A stretch of DNA of 64,000 nucleotides from Thalassobaculaceae bacterium (GTDB taxonomy: Bacteria > Pseudomonadota > Alphaproteobacteria > Thalassobaculales > Thalassobaculaceae), in the NCBI GenBank assembly GCA_965228875.1, contig OZ245843.1:62001-126000 (forward strand), given 5' to 3'. Each line of letters starts with the position of its first letter. Position 1 is the stretch's first letter. The translations under genes and the position numbers were made by a program. The notes beneath the pieces were generated by a model. That model worked only from the letters and a program-made list of their open reading frames with translations. It was not told where the DNA came from and did not search any database. Positions 1 through 11,433 of the stretch are shown here, in pieces.

Positions 1-1026
1 GACGCCCTGACCCAGGACCAGAGCCTGTGGGACGACCCCGACCGCGCGCAGAAGCTGATGCAGGAGCGCACGCGGCTGGAGAAGCAGATCGAGGACGTGA
101 AGGCGCTCGACCAGGCGGTCGAGGATTCCGTCATGCTGATCGAGCTCGGCGAGGCGGAGGGCGACGACGACACCGTCGCCGAGGCCGAGAAGGAGCTGGA
201 GGCGGTCCGCGCCAAGGCCGAGAAGATGCAGATCGAGAGCATGCTGTCCGGCGAGGCCGACCCGCTCGACTGCTATCTCGAGGTCCATGCCGGCGCCGGC
301 GGCACCGAGGCCCAGGACTGGGCGGAGATGCTGCTGCGCATGTACACCCGCTGGGCCGAACGCCACGGCTACAAGGTCGAATGGCTGGAAGAGAGCGCCG
401 GCGAGGAGGCCGGGCTGAAATCGGCGACCGTGAAGATCTCCGGCCACAACGCCTACGGCTGGCTGAAGACCGAGAGCGGCGTGCACCGGCTGGTCCGGAT
501 TTCCCCCTATGACAGCCAAGCGCGGCGCCACACCAGTTTCTCCAGCGCCTGGGTGTATCCGGTGGTGGACGACTCGATCGACATCGTCATCGAGGAGAAG
601 GACCTTAAGATCGACACCTACCGGGCATCCGGTGCCGGCGGCCAGCACGTCAACCGGACCGATTCGGCGGTGCGGATCACCCACATTCCGACCAACATCA
701 TCGTGCAGTGCCAGAACGACCGCTCGCAGCACCGCAACAAGGCGACGGCCATGGACATGCTGCGTGCCCGTCTCTACGAGGCGGAGCTGCAGCGCCGGGA
801 GGAGGAGGCCAACGCCACCGAGGCGACCAAGTCCGACATCGGCTGGGGCCACCAGATCCGCTCCTACGTCCTGCAGCCCTACCAGATGGTCAAGGACCTG
901 CGCAGCGGCCACGAGAGCGGCAACCCCTCGGCGGTGCTGGACGGCGACATCGATCCGTTCCTGGAGGCCTCCCTCGCCGGAAAGGTCGGGATGACCCGCG
1001 ACGGCAGCGACGCGGCGGCGGGGTAG
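1..1026 (+). CDS. prfB: Peptide chain release factor 2 (5'-partial; frame open from base 1)
   Basis: GAGGQHVN (GGQ motif), [17 protein letters not shown]; frame 1 reads [20 protein letters not shown] before the ATG at 58. Confidence 0.97.
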   Translation, partial: DALTQDQSLWDDPDRAQKLMQERTRLEKQIEDVKALDQAVEDSVMLIELGEAEGDDDTVAEAEKELEAVRAKAEKMQIESMLSGEADPLDCYLEVHAGAGGTEAQDWAEMLLRMYTRWAERHGYKVEWLEESAGEEAGLKSATVKISGHNAYGWLKTESGVHRLVRISPYDSQARRHTSFSSAWVYPVVDDSIDIVIEEKDLKIDTYRASGAGGQHVNRTDSAVRITHIPTNIIVQCQNDRSQHRNKATAMDMLRARLYEAELQRREEEANATEATKSDIGWGHQIRSYVLQPYQMVKDLRSGHESGNPSAVLDGDIDPFLEASLAGKVGMTRDGSDAAAG

Positions 1027-1051
1027 GACGCGCCGCTATCCCGGACAGATA

Positions 1052-1100
1052 CTCCCCGGCAAAGGCCGGGGAGCGCGCGGATGAACCCGAAGGGGCATCC
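1052..1100. terminator. Two hairpins between convergent prfB and amidase
   Basis: CTCCCCGGC-AAAG-GCCGGGGAG (1052-1073) and GGATG..CCC-GAAG-GGG-CATCC (1079-1100); no U-tract. Confidence 0.45.
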
Positions 1101-2482
1101 TACTTCCGGAACCCGCTCATGTCCGGGGCGCGGCCGGCGCCGAGCACGGTCTCCAGCGCCATGGCGATGGACAGCATGCGGGCATCCTCGCCGCCCGGAC
1201 ACATGAGCTGCAGGCCGACCGGCAGGGCGGCGCCGAACTGATGAATCGGCAGCGAGGCGGCGCACAGGCGGAAGACGTTTCCCGGCTGGGTGTTGCGCGA
1301 CGCCTGCATGGCGCGGGCCGCCTCTTCGGGATGCTTCAGGTTCTCGACCGGCATCGGCACGAACGGACAGGTCGGCGCGATCCAGCCGTCCAGATCCTCG
1401 AACCGGGCGGCGGCGATCCGCTCCAGCTCCTGGCGGCGGTACTGTGCCGCCAGGTGCTCGACCGCCGAGACCTCGAGGCCATGCGCCGCCCGGTCCGCTG
1501 TGGTCGGATCCATCTCCGCGCGGGCGTTCTGGAAGCCTTCCGGCGTGAGGCGGGCGATCAGTTCCGGCGGCACGATGGCGGGGAAAAGCCGGGCGCGCTC
1601 CGCCGCCTCGGGAATGTCGACATCGACGATCTCCACACCGGCGGCGCTCAGTGCCACCAGTGCCGCCTCGACGGTACTGGCGACCTGATCGTCGAGATCC
1701 TCGAAGAAGAACGAGGTCGGGCGGCCGAGGCGCAACCCCTCCAGGCGCGCCGGCAGCGGCACGTCCTCGCCGGTCAGCACCGCGTGGATCAGCGCGGCAT
1801 CGCCGGCGTTGCGGGTCAGCGGGCCGATCGAGTCCAGGGTCGGGCTGAGCGGGAACACCCCGTCCGTCGGCCACAGGCCGACCGTGGTCTTGTGGCCGAA
1901 CAGGCCGGTGAAGGAGGCCGGAATCCGGACCGACCCGCCGGTGTCGGTGCCGAGGGCGAAACCGCACAGGCCGGCCGCCGTCGCCACCGCCGAGCCGCTG
2001 GACGAGCCACCGGGAATGCGATGGGTCGCATGGTCCCACGGGTTCCACGGCGTCCCGCGGGCCTCGTTGACGCCGGTGGCGCCCAGGGCGAACTCGACCG
2101 TCTTGGTCTTGCCGATGGGGATGCAGCCGGCCGCCTTGAGGCGGTGGACGACCGTGCCCTCCGGTCCTGTCAGATGCTCGCTCGGCATCTTCGAGCCGTT
2201 GGTGGTCGGCAGGCCGTCGAGCGCGATGATGTCCTTGACCCCAACCGGCACGCCCATGAGCGGGCCGAGATCGACCCCGGAGGCGAGCAGGGCGTCGATC
2301 GCCTTGGCGGCCTTGAGCGCCCGCTCACCGTCGACGACCTGAAACGCGTCGAGCCGGTCGAACGCCTCGATCCGCGCCAGGCAGGCCTTGACGGCCGCCG
2401 TCGCGGTCACCCGTCCCTCGCGCAGGTCCTCCGCGTAGGCGGCGATGCCATTCTCGAAATGGTCCTTCAGGGTCTTCGCCAT
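1100..2482 (-). CDS. Amidase-signature family enzyme
   Basis: GVPVGVKD, PGGSSSGS and GTDTGGSVRIPA motifs. Confidence 0.93.
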   Translation of the reverse strand: MAKTLKDHFENGIAAYAEDLREGRVTATAAVKACLARIEAFDRLDAFQVVDGERALKAAKAIDALLASGVDLGPLMGVPVGVKDIIALDGLPTTNGSKMPSEHLTGPEGTVVHRLKAAGCIPIGKTKTVEFALGATGVNEARGTPWNPWDHATHRIPGGSSSGSAVATAAGLCGFALGTDTGGSVRIPASFTGLFGHKTTVGLWPTDGVFPLSPTLDSIGPLTRNAGDAALIHAVLTGEDVPLPARLEGLRLGRPTSFFFEDLDDQVASTVEAALVALSAAGVEIVDVDIPEAAERARLFPAIVPPELIARLTPEGFQNARAEMDPTTADRAAHGLEVSAVEHLAAQYRRQELERIAAARFEDLDGWIAPTCPFVPMPVENLKHPEEAARAMQASRNTQPGNVFRLCAASLPIHQFGAALPVGLQLMCPGGEDARMLSIAMALETVLGAGRAPDMSGFRK

Positions 2483-2532
2483 TCACATCCTCCCGCTTGC
2501 TGCGCTGACGGTCGCACGGCGCGACGCGCCGA

Positions 2533-3432
2533 TCAAACCCGCTTCTGGCCGCTGTCCGGGGCATAGAGATCGACGCTGGCGGCGTTGTCCTCGGTCCCGA
2601 GGCCACGCTTCACGAGCAGTTTGTGGATCTCGGCGGCGAGACCCGTCAGCGGCAGGGAGGATCCCAGCCGGCGTCCGGCGTCCATCACCGTGTCCAGGTC
2701 CTTGACCATGATCTCGATCCGGCCCTGCACGTCGCGCTCGCGCGCCGCCATGCGCGGGAGGAACTGCTGCAGCACGGGCGAGTCGGCCCGTCCGCCGGCG
2801 AGCGCCTCCGGCAGCCGCGCCGGGTCGATACCCGCGTCCTCGGCGAACTGACAGCATTCGGCCATCAGCGCGAGGCCGGTGCCGACGATCATCTGGTTGA
2901 TCAGCTTAGTGGTCTGGCCCGCACCGCTCGGCCCCATGTGTGTGAACCGTCCGGACAGTTGCGCGACCACGGGCTCGACGCGGGCGAAATCCTCCGGCGT
3001 CCCGCCCGCCATCACCGTCAGGGTTCCGTTGGTGGCGCCCGGTACGCCGCCGGAGACCGGGGCGTCGATCCAGCCCATGCCGGTCTCCCGCCGCAGGCGC
3101 GCGGCGAACTCGGCGGCCCTGTCCGGCCGCATGGAGGAGAAATCGACCAGGACCTTTCCCTGCGAGGCCCCGGAAGCGATGCCGTCGGCGCCGAAGACCA
3201 CGGCCTCGACCGCGGCGGTGTCGGTCAGGCAGGTGAAGACGATGTCGCTGCCCTCGGCGACCGCGCGCGGCGTGGCCGCGACCTCGGCGCCGGCGGCGAC
3301 CAACGGCTCGGTCTTGTCCGGGGAACGATTCCAGACCCGCAGCGCATATCCGGCGGTGGCCAATCGCAGGGCCATCGGCCCGCCCATCAGTCCGAGTCCC
3401 AGGTACCCCAGCCGCGATTCCCCGTTTGCCAT
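2533..3432 (-). CDS. NAD(P)-dependent beta-hydroxyacid dehydrogenase (3-hydroxyisobutyrate/tartronate semialdehyde reductase family)
   Basis: GLGLMG Rossmann motif, DAPVSGG, catalytic TKLINQ. Confidence 0.93.
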   Translation of the reverse strand: MANGESRLGYLGLGLMGGPMALRLATAGYALRVWNRSPDKTEPLVAAGAEVAATPRAVAEGSDIVFTCLTDTAAVEAVVFGADGIASGASQGKVLVDFSSMRPDRAAEFAARLRRETGMGWIDAPVSGGVPGATNGTLTVMAGGTPEDFARVEPVVAQLSGRFTHMGPSGAGQTTKLINQMIVGTGLALMAECCQFAEDAGIDPARLPEALAGGRADSPVLQQFLPRMAARERDVQGRIEIMVKDLDTVMDAGRRLGSSLPLTGLAAEIHKLLVKRGLGTEDNAASVDLYAPDSGQKRV

Positions 3433-3533
3433 TGATTGTCGCTCCCTGATTGGATCTAAGGTGTCCGTCTTGAATGCGCGGATCGACTGCCCGAAGGGCG
3501 GTCGCGCACGGATCAGAAGGCCGCAGTGACCGC

Positions 3534-5120
3534 ATGCAGTATGACCGGGTTCCGCACGGATTGGCAGCGCCGGCCGCCGACCTTCTCGTCTCTCCCTCCG
3601 ACCCCGATGCCGTCACCGCCTGGCTCGACGCTTGCCTCGCCGCCGGAGCGACTGGCCGTCTGCCGGCGTCGGCGGCGTGGGCCGCGGTCACCGGGCTGAA
3701 GGACGGCGCAAGCTGGGTCCGACTGGCCGAAGGAATCACCCGCGCGGGCCTTCCCGATGTCGGCGCGCGTCTGCTCGCGTCCATCCTGCGCCATCGACCG
3801 AGGGTTCCCGGCCTGTGGGAGGACGTGGCGATCAAACTCGAGCGGTTTGCTCGGGTGCCGGCCCTGTACCCCGTCGCCGATGACATGCGAAGCCATACGC
3901 CGCTGAACCTGCCGGCCTGGTTCCTGTCGCTCCTGGGCACGCGGGTGTCGGGCGACGTCGGCAGGGTGCGGGATGGGGCGGCGGACCTGTTGCGTCGGAT
4001 GTCGGTGCAGACCGCGCCTCGCCCGAACCTGTTTGCCGGTCTTCGCGTGCCGTCGTCGCAGGCCGATCTCGACGACGCCGCGCTCGACGGCATGCTGGTC
4101 GACTACGCCGACCTGACGACGCGTTTCTCGGCGCATCGCGGGGCGCCCTGGTATCCCAATCCTCAGGCGATCCTCGACGAGTGCGTCTGGCCAGTCAGCA
4201 GAGATCAGCTGCGCGATTTCGCCCTTCATCAGATCGGGCAGGTCGGCGTCTGGCAGGGGGACTGGCGGGCGGTGCCGATGACGATGCACCGTGAACTTCC
4301 GACCGATGCGTTCTTCGGCGGCGTGTCGGATCGGACGTGGGAACGGCACGAGTTCGGAAGTCGCGAGCAGGCGGCATTCCGGGCCTACCTGGCGCCGGCG
4401 ACGGTGGCCATCGCCGAGCGGTACGACCTGGGCGATCCGACGCGCCTGTGCGAGCTAGCCGCCTTGGCCGCTCCGGCTCCGGCGGTGCCGTGCTACGCGG
4501 CCGAGTTCGACCTGCCGTTCGGCGTCCGCCTGCGCACCAATCCCATCAGCCTGTGCATGGTCGAGCGGCTGTACTGGATACGCGAACAGATGGCCGCGAC
4601 GGCCGGCGGGCGCCCGACAACGGGACTCTCGGTCCTCGAGATCGGTTTCGGCTACGGGGAACTTGCCGCGAAGATGCTGGCGTCCGGGATGGCCGAGACC
4701 GTGACGCTGGTGGATCTGCCTCTGAACCTTCTCGTCGCCCGGCGGTTCTTCGAGACGCTCTACCCGGGTCGGGTTCAGATCATCGCGAGTCCGGGCGAGG
4801 CCGTCTCAGCCGACGCCAGCGTGCGACTGGTGGCGCCCTGGTGCCTGGCCGCCCATGACGAGGCGTTCGACATGGCGGTGAATTTCCTGTCGTTCTGTCA
4901 CATGCCGGAATCGGCCCTGGCGTTCTACCTGGACTACATCGCCGACCACGTGAACGGGTTCATCGTTCACGAGAACCTCCGCCTGCCGCGCAATCCGGAG
5001 GCGAAGGCGACCGACGATTATCCGTTCGATGCCCGGTTCCACCGTGCCGGCCGGTGGATGCGGTCGCGCCGCCCGAATATCGTGCGTGAATTGCTGGTAT
5101 CGGGCGCCGCAGGAGGCTGA
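3534..5120 (+). CDS. Putative sugar O-methyltransferase-like SAM-dependent enzyme with long N-terminal extension
   Basis: VLEIGFGYGELA SAM motif, LVDLPLNL, FDMAVNFLSFCHM; start ATG 3534 chosen over 3474. Confidence 0.65.
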   Translation: MQYDRVPHGLAAPAADLLVSPSDPDAVTAWLDACLAAGATGRLPASAAWAAVTGLKDGASWVRLAEGITRAGLPDVGARLLASILRHRPRVPGLWEDVAIKLERFARVPALYPVADDMRSHTPLNLPAWFLSLLGTRVSGDVGRVRDGAADLLRRMSVQTAPRPNLFAGLRVPSSQADLDDAALDGMLVDYADLTTRFSAHRGAPWYPNPQAILDECVWPVSRDQLRDFALHQIGQVGVWQGDWRAVPMTMHRELPTDAFFGGVSDRTWERHEFGSREQAAFRAYLAPATVAIAERYDLGDPTRLCELAALAAPAPAVPCYAAEFDLPFGVRLRTNPISLCMVERLYWIREQMAATAGGRPTTGLSVLEIGFGYGELAAKMLASGMAETVTLVDLPLNLLVARRFFETLYPGRVQIIASPGEAVSADASVRLVAPWCLAAHDEAFDMAVNFLSFCHMPESALAFYLDYIADHVNGFIVHENLRLPRNPEAKATDDYPFDARFHRAGRWMRSRRPNIVRELLVSGAAGG

Positions 5121-5210
5121 ATCGCTGGGCGAACGGTTGTCGGGGCTGACCGTCCTCGCTATACCGGCTTCAACCGGTGATCCCGAGCAACCAAGGACAC
5201 GTAGCCTGTC

Positions 5211-5615
5211 ATGATCAGCCACCACGCCGCCCTTATCTACGCCATGGTGATCGGCGCCGCCGCCGACGGGTCGCTCGCCGACGCCGAGCTCGAGACGATC
5301 CGCGGGATCGTCGAGCATCTGCCCATCTTCCAGGATTTCGAGCGGGGCAATCTCGCCCAGATCGCCGCCGCCGCGACCGACATGCTGTCGGAGCCGGACG
5401 GGATCGACACCGCGATCGACCAGATCCGCTCGGGCCTGCCGGACCGGCTCTGCGCCACCGCCTATGCGGTTGCCTGCGACGTCGTCGCCGCCGACGGCGA
5501 GGCGACCCAGGAGGAGTTGCGCTACCTGGAGATGCTGCGCCACGACCTTGATGTCGACCGCCTGACCGCCGCGGCGATCGAGCGTGGCGCCGCCGCCCGC
5601 TACGCGCGGGTGTAG
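5211..5615 (+). CDS. TerB-family protein
   Basis: AAADGSLADAE and VVAADGEATQEE paired acidic motifs. Confidence 0.85.
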   Translation: MISHHAALIYAMVIGAAADGSLADAELETIRGIVEHLPIFQDFERGNLAQIAAAATDMLSEPDGIDTAIDQIRSGLPDRLCATAYAVACDVVAADGEATQEELRYLEMLRHDLDVDRLTAAAIERGAAARYARV

Positions 5616-5633
5616 GCCGACCGGGGCGACGAC

Positions 5634-6569
5634 ATGACGGAGCCCCGCCCCCCCGACCAGCCACCATCGCTGCAGGGCTGGCGCATCGGCGTGATCGGCC
5701 TCGGCCTGATGGGAATGCCGATGGCCCGGCGTCTTGCCGGTGCCGGCGCGTCCCTGGCTTTGTGGAACCGGACCATCGAGACGGCCGAGACCCTGGCCGC
5801 CGAGCTGGCGGAGGCAGTGGCCGTACCGTCGCCGCGCCATGTTGCCGAAGCGTCCGACATGGTGATCGTCATGGTGACCGACGCCGGTGCCGTGCGGGAG
5901 GTGGTCTTCGATCCGGTGGACGACCATTGGGGGGTCGTCCATGGCCTCGCGGAGGGCAGTGTCATGATCGACATGGGAACCACCGGACTGGTCGACACGC
6001 GGGACTTCGCCGGGCGAATGCGCATGACCGGCGGCCACTGGGTGGACGCTCCGGTCTCCGGCGGAACGACCGCGGCGGAGGATGGCAGCCTGACGATCAT
6101 GGTCGGCGCCAGCGACCCGGATTTCGCGCGGATCGAGCCGGCGCTGCGCGTGCTTGGACGCCGGATCACCCATGTGGGCGCCGTCGGGTCCGGCCAGGTG
6201 GCGAAGACCGCCAATCAGATGATCGTCGGCATGACCATCGGTGCCGTCGCCGAAGCCATGGCGCTGGGGCGGCGGTTCGGGATCGAGCCCGGAGTGCTCC
6301 GTGCCGCGATCTCCGGCGGTTTCGCCGACAGCCGGATCCTGGAACTCCACGGCGAGCGGATGGCGACCGGCGATTTCCGGGCCCGCGCCAAGGCGACGAT
6401 CCAGCGCAAGGACATGCGCGCCGCCCTGGCGCTGGCGGAAGAGGCGGGGATCGACCTGCCGGGCCTGATCGCCAATGCCGGCCAGTGGGAGGAGATGGTC
6501 GATACCGGTCACGGAGATCTCGACCATTCGGCCCTGATCCTGAGCGTGGATCCGCAGGAGGAAGAGTGA
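5634..6569 (+). CDS. NAD(P)-dependent beta-hydroxyacid dehydrogenase
   Basis: GLGLMG, DAPVSGG, AKTANQ motifs. Confidence 0.93.
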   Translation: MTEPRPPDQPPSLQGWRIGVIGLGLMGMPMARRLAGAGASLALWNRTIETAETLAAELAEAVAVPSPRHVAEASDMVIVMVTDAGAVREVVFDPVDDHWGVVHGLAEGSVMIDMGTTGLVDTRDFAGRMRMTGGHWVDAPVSGGTTAAEDGSLTIMVGASDPDFARIEPALRVLGRRITHVGAVGSGQVAKTANQMIVGMTIGAVAEAMALGRRFGIEPGVLRAAISGGFADSRILELHGERMATGDFRARAKATIQRKDMRAALALAEEAGIDLPGLIANAGQWEEMVDTGHGDLDHSALILSVDPQEEE

Positions 6570-6728
6570 GGGAGAAGCGGGAGAGGGCGGTGCCGCGCCG
6601 GTTTCCGCTCTTTCCCGAGACGTATTGAGGCGGTGCGGTCCGGCTTCGGGCGTGCGGCCGGACGGGCGCGAGCCAGACTCATATGCCGTATGCCGATCCC
6701 CGGCGCGGCGACCGTTAGGAGCAGGACC

Positions 6729-7364
6729 ATGACCGCCACACTGGATGCCGTCGTCTTCGACGTCGGCAACGTTTTGATCCGCTGGGATCCGCGGCTTCTG
6801 TTCCGCAAGCTCTTCACCCATGTCGACATGACGGCCGACGACGCCCGGGTCGACTGGTTTCTCTCCACGGTGTGTCCGCCGGACTGGAACATCGAACAGG
6901 ACCGCGGTCGCTCGATCGCCGAGGCCGAGGCGGAGGCCATCGCCCGACATCCGGACTACGGCCCGCAGATCCGGGCCTTCTACGGCCGGTTCCAGGAAAT
7001 GATCCCCGGAGAGATCGCCGAGAGCGTGGCCGCGCTCCACGCAGCGCGCGCGGCCGGTCTCGGCGTCCACGGCCTGACCAATTTCGGACGGGAGACCTTC
7101 CCGCAGACGGCACAGCGGTTCGACTTCCTCCGGCTGTTCGATACGGTCGTGGTCTCGGGTGAGGAGGGGGTCATCAAGCCCGATCCCGCCATCTTCGGGA
7201 TCCTGATCGAGCGCGCCGGCCTCGATCCGTCCCGAAGCGTCTTCATCGACGACAGCGAGGCGAACGTCGCCACAGCCGCGGATCTCGGCTTCGTCACGCA
7301 CCGTTTCACCGATCCGGCGCGTTTCGGTGCCTGGTGGGCGGCACAGGGCCTGCCCGCCTACTGA
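6729..7364 (+). CDS. HAD-superfamily hydrolase/phosphatase
   Basis: VVFDVGNVL, LTN, KPDPAIF, FIDD motifs; AGGA upstream of ATG 6729. Confidence 0.9.
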   Translation: MTATLDAVVFDVGNVLIRWDPRLLFRKLFTHVDMTADDARVDWFLSTVCPPDWNIEQDRGRSIAEAEAEAIARHPDYGPQIRAFYGRFQEMIPGEIAESVAALHAARAAGLGVHGLTNFGRETFPQTAQRFDFLRLFDTVVVSGEEGVIKPDPAIFGILIERAGLDPSRSVFIDDSEANVATAADLGFVTHRFTDPARFGAWWAAQGLPAY

Positions 7365-7395
7365 ACGGGGAACCTTGTTGGGCTTGCCGCGCCGG

Positions 7396-8004
7396 TCATT
7401 CCGCGGCCACGGTGCAGCGCAGGCGCTCCTCGATCGCGGCCAACGTCGAGGCCCGAAACGGCGCGTCCATGCGCAGATGCATCAGCGGCGACGCCTTGCC
7501 GGGCAGGCCGGGGGCGTCGAAGGCATTCGCGAACAGCAGCATGTTGACCGGGGCGGTCGGCGTCTCCGCCATTGGCAGGATCAGCCGGCGGATCGTGACC
7601 AGCCGGTCGACCCCGTAGTCGAACACCGCCTCGCTGAGGACCGGCTCGCGCGCATCGACGGCCGCCCCGTAGAGATCGGCCAGGAAGTCGCGATAGCGGC
7701 CGTGCTTCGACGCGTCGAGATAGGTTCCCTGATAGCTCACCCCGAACAGGGTGACCATGTAGGAGCCCACCAGCCTGTAATGGAACCGACGCGGGTCGTG
7801 CTCCACGTCGATCAGTCCGATATGGGGCAGCAACCTGGGAATATCGATCGGGTCGATATCGGCCCGCGCCGGCAATTGCCGATCGGCCCGCTTGTCCTGC
7901 CAGTAGGACAGCAGCGGCCTCAGGACCGGACGGTCCGGGTCCAGGTCGATGTTTCCGGCCGATGGCCATCCACCCAACGAAAAATCCAGCAGTGCCGACA
8001 TCAC
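7396..8004 (-). CDS. Stand-alone PAS_5-like domain protein
   Basis: YWQDKR..LPARADIDPIDIPRLLPHI..FHYRLVGS pattern; AGGAG RBS. Confidence 0.85.
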   Translation of the reverse strand: MMSALLDFSLGGWPSAGNIDLDPDRPVLRPLLSYWQDKRADRQLPARADIDPIDIPRLLPHIGLIDVEHDPRRFHYRLVGSYMVTLFGVSYQGTYLDASKHGRYRDFLADLYGAAVDAREPVLSEAVFDYGVDRLVTIRRLILPMAETPTAPVNMLLFANAFDAPGLPGKASPLMHLRMDAPFRASTLAAIEERLRCTVAAE

Positions 8005-8195
8005 TCCTCCTACGAGGAAAGAGAGTATTGAGGTAAGTCCTGCCGCGCCAGAGGTTTAAAATACAACTTAGGTTGCTTTAGTTTTAAAAAATACCCGGAA
8101 TTAAAGTGGGTTCTTGGTTTTCATTGTGGGAAAACTCACAGTCCGGTGTCGGAACCCTGAATGCCCGATGGACCGGGGCCGACCTGACAGGCCCA

Positions 8196-8228
8196 ATGAA
8201 AACGGGCCGGGGATCGCTCCCCGGCCCG
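8196..8228 (-). terminator. Intrinsic terminator of groESL
   Basis: 11-bp perfect stem CGGGCCGGGGA-TCGC-TCCCCGGCCCG followed by TTTT on the minus strand, just past the groEL stop. Confidence 0.85.
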
Positions 8229-8254
8229 CATATTCAGGTGCCTGGATGGCGGGA

Positions 8255-9910
<1,656 letters not shown>

Positions 9911-9967
9911 TTAGCCCTTGAAACAAGCGGCTTCTCTCGAAGGCCCCTCGCTGAACAGGACAGCTGG

Positions 9968-10282
9968 TTAGGCAGCCTTCTTCGACTTGGCCGCGCCCTC
10001 GAGCACGCCCATGATGTCGGATTCCTTCATGATCAGCAGGTCTTCCCCGTCGATCTTGACCTCGGTGCCGGACCACTTGCCGAAGAGCACCCGGTCGCCG
10101 ACCTTGACGTCGAGCTCGGCAATCTTGCCGGCCTCGTCGCGGGCACCCGGACCCACGGCCAGGATTTCACCCTCCATCGGCTTTTCCTTCGCCGTGTCGG
10201 GGATGATGATGCCGCCGGCGGTCTTCTGATCGGCGTCGAGACGACGGACCACCACGCGGTCGTGGAGCGGCCGAAATTTCAT
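9968..10282 (-). CDS. groS: Co-chaperonin GroES
   Basis: [21 protein letters not shown]. Confidence 0.99.
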   Translation of the reverse strand: MKFRPLHDRVVVRRLDADQKTAGGIIIPDTAKEKPMEGEILAVGPGARDEAGKIAELDVKVGDRVLFGKWSGTEVKIDGEDLLIMKESDIMGVLEGAAKSKKAA

Positions 10283-10349
10283 GACCCTTCCTCCGTATAC
10301 ACTCGGTTGAGACGTGCATTGGGTTGTGTCGCCGGGCTCGACTCTGTTG

Positions 10350-10376
10350 TTAGCAGTCTGACCCGGTGAGTGCCAG
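10350..10376 (-). promoter_or_regulatory. CIRCE element (HrcA operator)
   Basis: TTAGCAGTC-N9-GAGTGCCAG versus consensus TTAGCACTC-N9-GAGTGCTAA, upstream of groES. Confidence 0.85.
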
Positions 10377-10378
10377 CG

Positions 10379-10407
10379 ATGTAAGGAAAGCTGATTTTCC
10401 TGTCAAG
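10379..10407 (-). promoter_or_regulatory. Sigma32(RpoH)-type promoter of groESL
   Basis: Minus strand CTTG-N17-CCTTACAT immediately upstream of CIRCE. Confidence 0.75.
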
Positions 10408-10459
10408 GAGTCCGGTCCGTCCGGATGTGCGAATTTCGCCTGGCAGGTGGCGGCGGCAC

Positions 10460-10525
10460 CCCGAGGATGCCCTGCGGATGCTCCGCGGATCGCCTGGGGA
10501 TGCCCCGGGAACACCCTGGATAGGC
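10460..10525. repeat. Six degenerate 11-bp tandem repeats
   Basis: CCCGAGGATGC CCTGCGGATGC TCCGCGGATCG CCTGGGGATGC CCCGGGAACAC CCTGGATAGGC. Confidence 0.6.
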
Positions 10526-10651
10526 CGGCGCCGCTCATATGAGGGTACGGACCGGCTCCGTCAATGCGAGACGCGCCGCTGGGTCGTTTCGCCGGGTCGC
10601 TCCGCCGGTCGGGCCGGTGCCCCACGCCGGCCGGGCGCGGTGAGAGGATCG

Positions 10652-11044
10652 TCAGTACGTCCAGGCCGGATCGAATGTGACGGCGATGTTGGTTGCCGAG
10701 GTCGGCTGCACCAGCGAATACATGAACCGGGTCGGCCCGGTGTAGTCGCACTGGCCGATCTCCGCGTCGGCCCGCTTGCGGAACCTGACGTCGAGGCGGA
10801 AATGGCGGATGAAGACGTCGATCTCCTCGCGCCTATAGGCCTCGACCGCCGGCGCCGGAAGGTCGACGGAGCGGGGCGGGTCGTAGATCCCCTCGATACA
10901 GAGCTGGTTCACGATACAGGCGGCGAGGGCGCGACCGTCGCCGCCATCGACGCCCGGGCAGGAACCCGTCCCGGCGGCAGCGGGACCGGTCATCAGCTGG
11001 CAGCAGACTCCGAAGAGGGCTGCTAAAATATTGAAATAGAACAG
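10652..11044 (-). CDS. Small Cys-containing, possibly exported hypothetical protein (start uncertain)
   Basis: Fills the gap; hydrophobic LFYFNILAALFGVCCQLMTGPAAA resembles a signal peptide; no canonical start at this position. Confidence 0.4.
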   Translation of the reverse strand: MFYFNILAALFGVCCQLMTGPAAAGTGSCPGVDGGDGRALAACIVNQLCIEGIYDPPRSVDLPAPAVEAYRREEIDVFIRHFRLDVRFRKRADAEIGQCDYTGPTRFMYSLVQPTSATNIAVTFDPAWTY

Positions 11045-11120
11045 ATTTATTCTTGTCGGCGTCGGCGTTCTACCAGCAGAATTTCTGCCGTCAACAGCGT
11101 TCACATGGAGGTAAGGCGCG

Positions 11121-11399
11121 ATGCAGCATTCCGGCACCGTTCCTAACGTCGCAGACCTGTACCGATACCGGCTCACCACCGCGGAGATCCTCTATCGCCT
11201 GCCCGACTACCCCGAACTGCTCCAGAGTTACCTCTGGCAGGAAATGGATGTCGCCCCGGACTTTCCCAGGTTGACGCGGTTCCTCGACTACTGGGAGCGG
11301 AACCTGGACGGCCGGCTGCACACGGTGCGGATCGCCAACGCCGAGCTGGTCCGGCCCCAGGAGATCGCCTACGCCGCGCACGATTTCGGGCTTCACTGA
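11121..11399 (+). CDS. usg: Usg-family protein
   Basis: LTTAEILYRLPDYPELLQSYLWQ..DVAPDFPRL..FLDYWERNLDGRLH; GGAGG RBS. Confidence 0.88.
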   Translation: MQHSGTVPNVADLYRYRLTTAEILYRLPDYPELLQSYLWQEMDVAPDFPRLTRFLDYWERNLDGRLHTVRIANAELVRPQEIAYAAHDFGLH

Positions 11400-11433
11400 C
11401 CGTCCGGAGCGATCGCCCGAGCGGTCCTCCGGC

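Noticed and set aside
1..60. prfB programmed +1 frameshift site
   Set aside because: It would lie upstream of the window; frame 1 is open from base 1, so it cannot be assessed
499..513. SPY instead of SPF in the RF2 recognition loop
   Set aside because: A conservative variant I recall as common in alphaproteobacteria; not evidence of recoding
1052..1073. REP-like element
   Set aside because: Resembles alphaproteobacterial palindromic repeats, but I found only one copy; treated as a terminator-like hairpin
5211..5615. TerB genes as a ter or defence operon
   Set aside because: Both are solitary, 45 kb apart, with no other ter genes
4806..7301. 831-aa minus-strand ORF (similar cases opposite groEL, htpG and the helicase)
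   Set aside because: Spans several well-supported genes on the other strand; shadow ORF
8056..8071. Full CtrA site
   Set aside because: TTAA-N8-TTAG does not match TTAA-N7-TTAA
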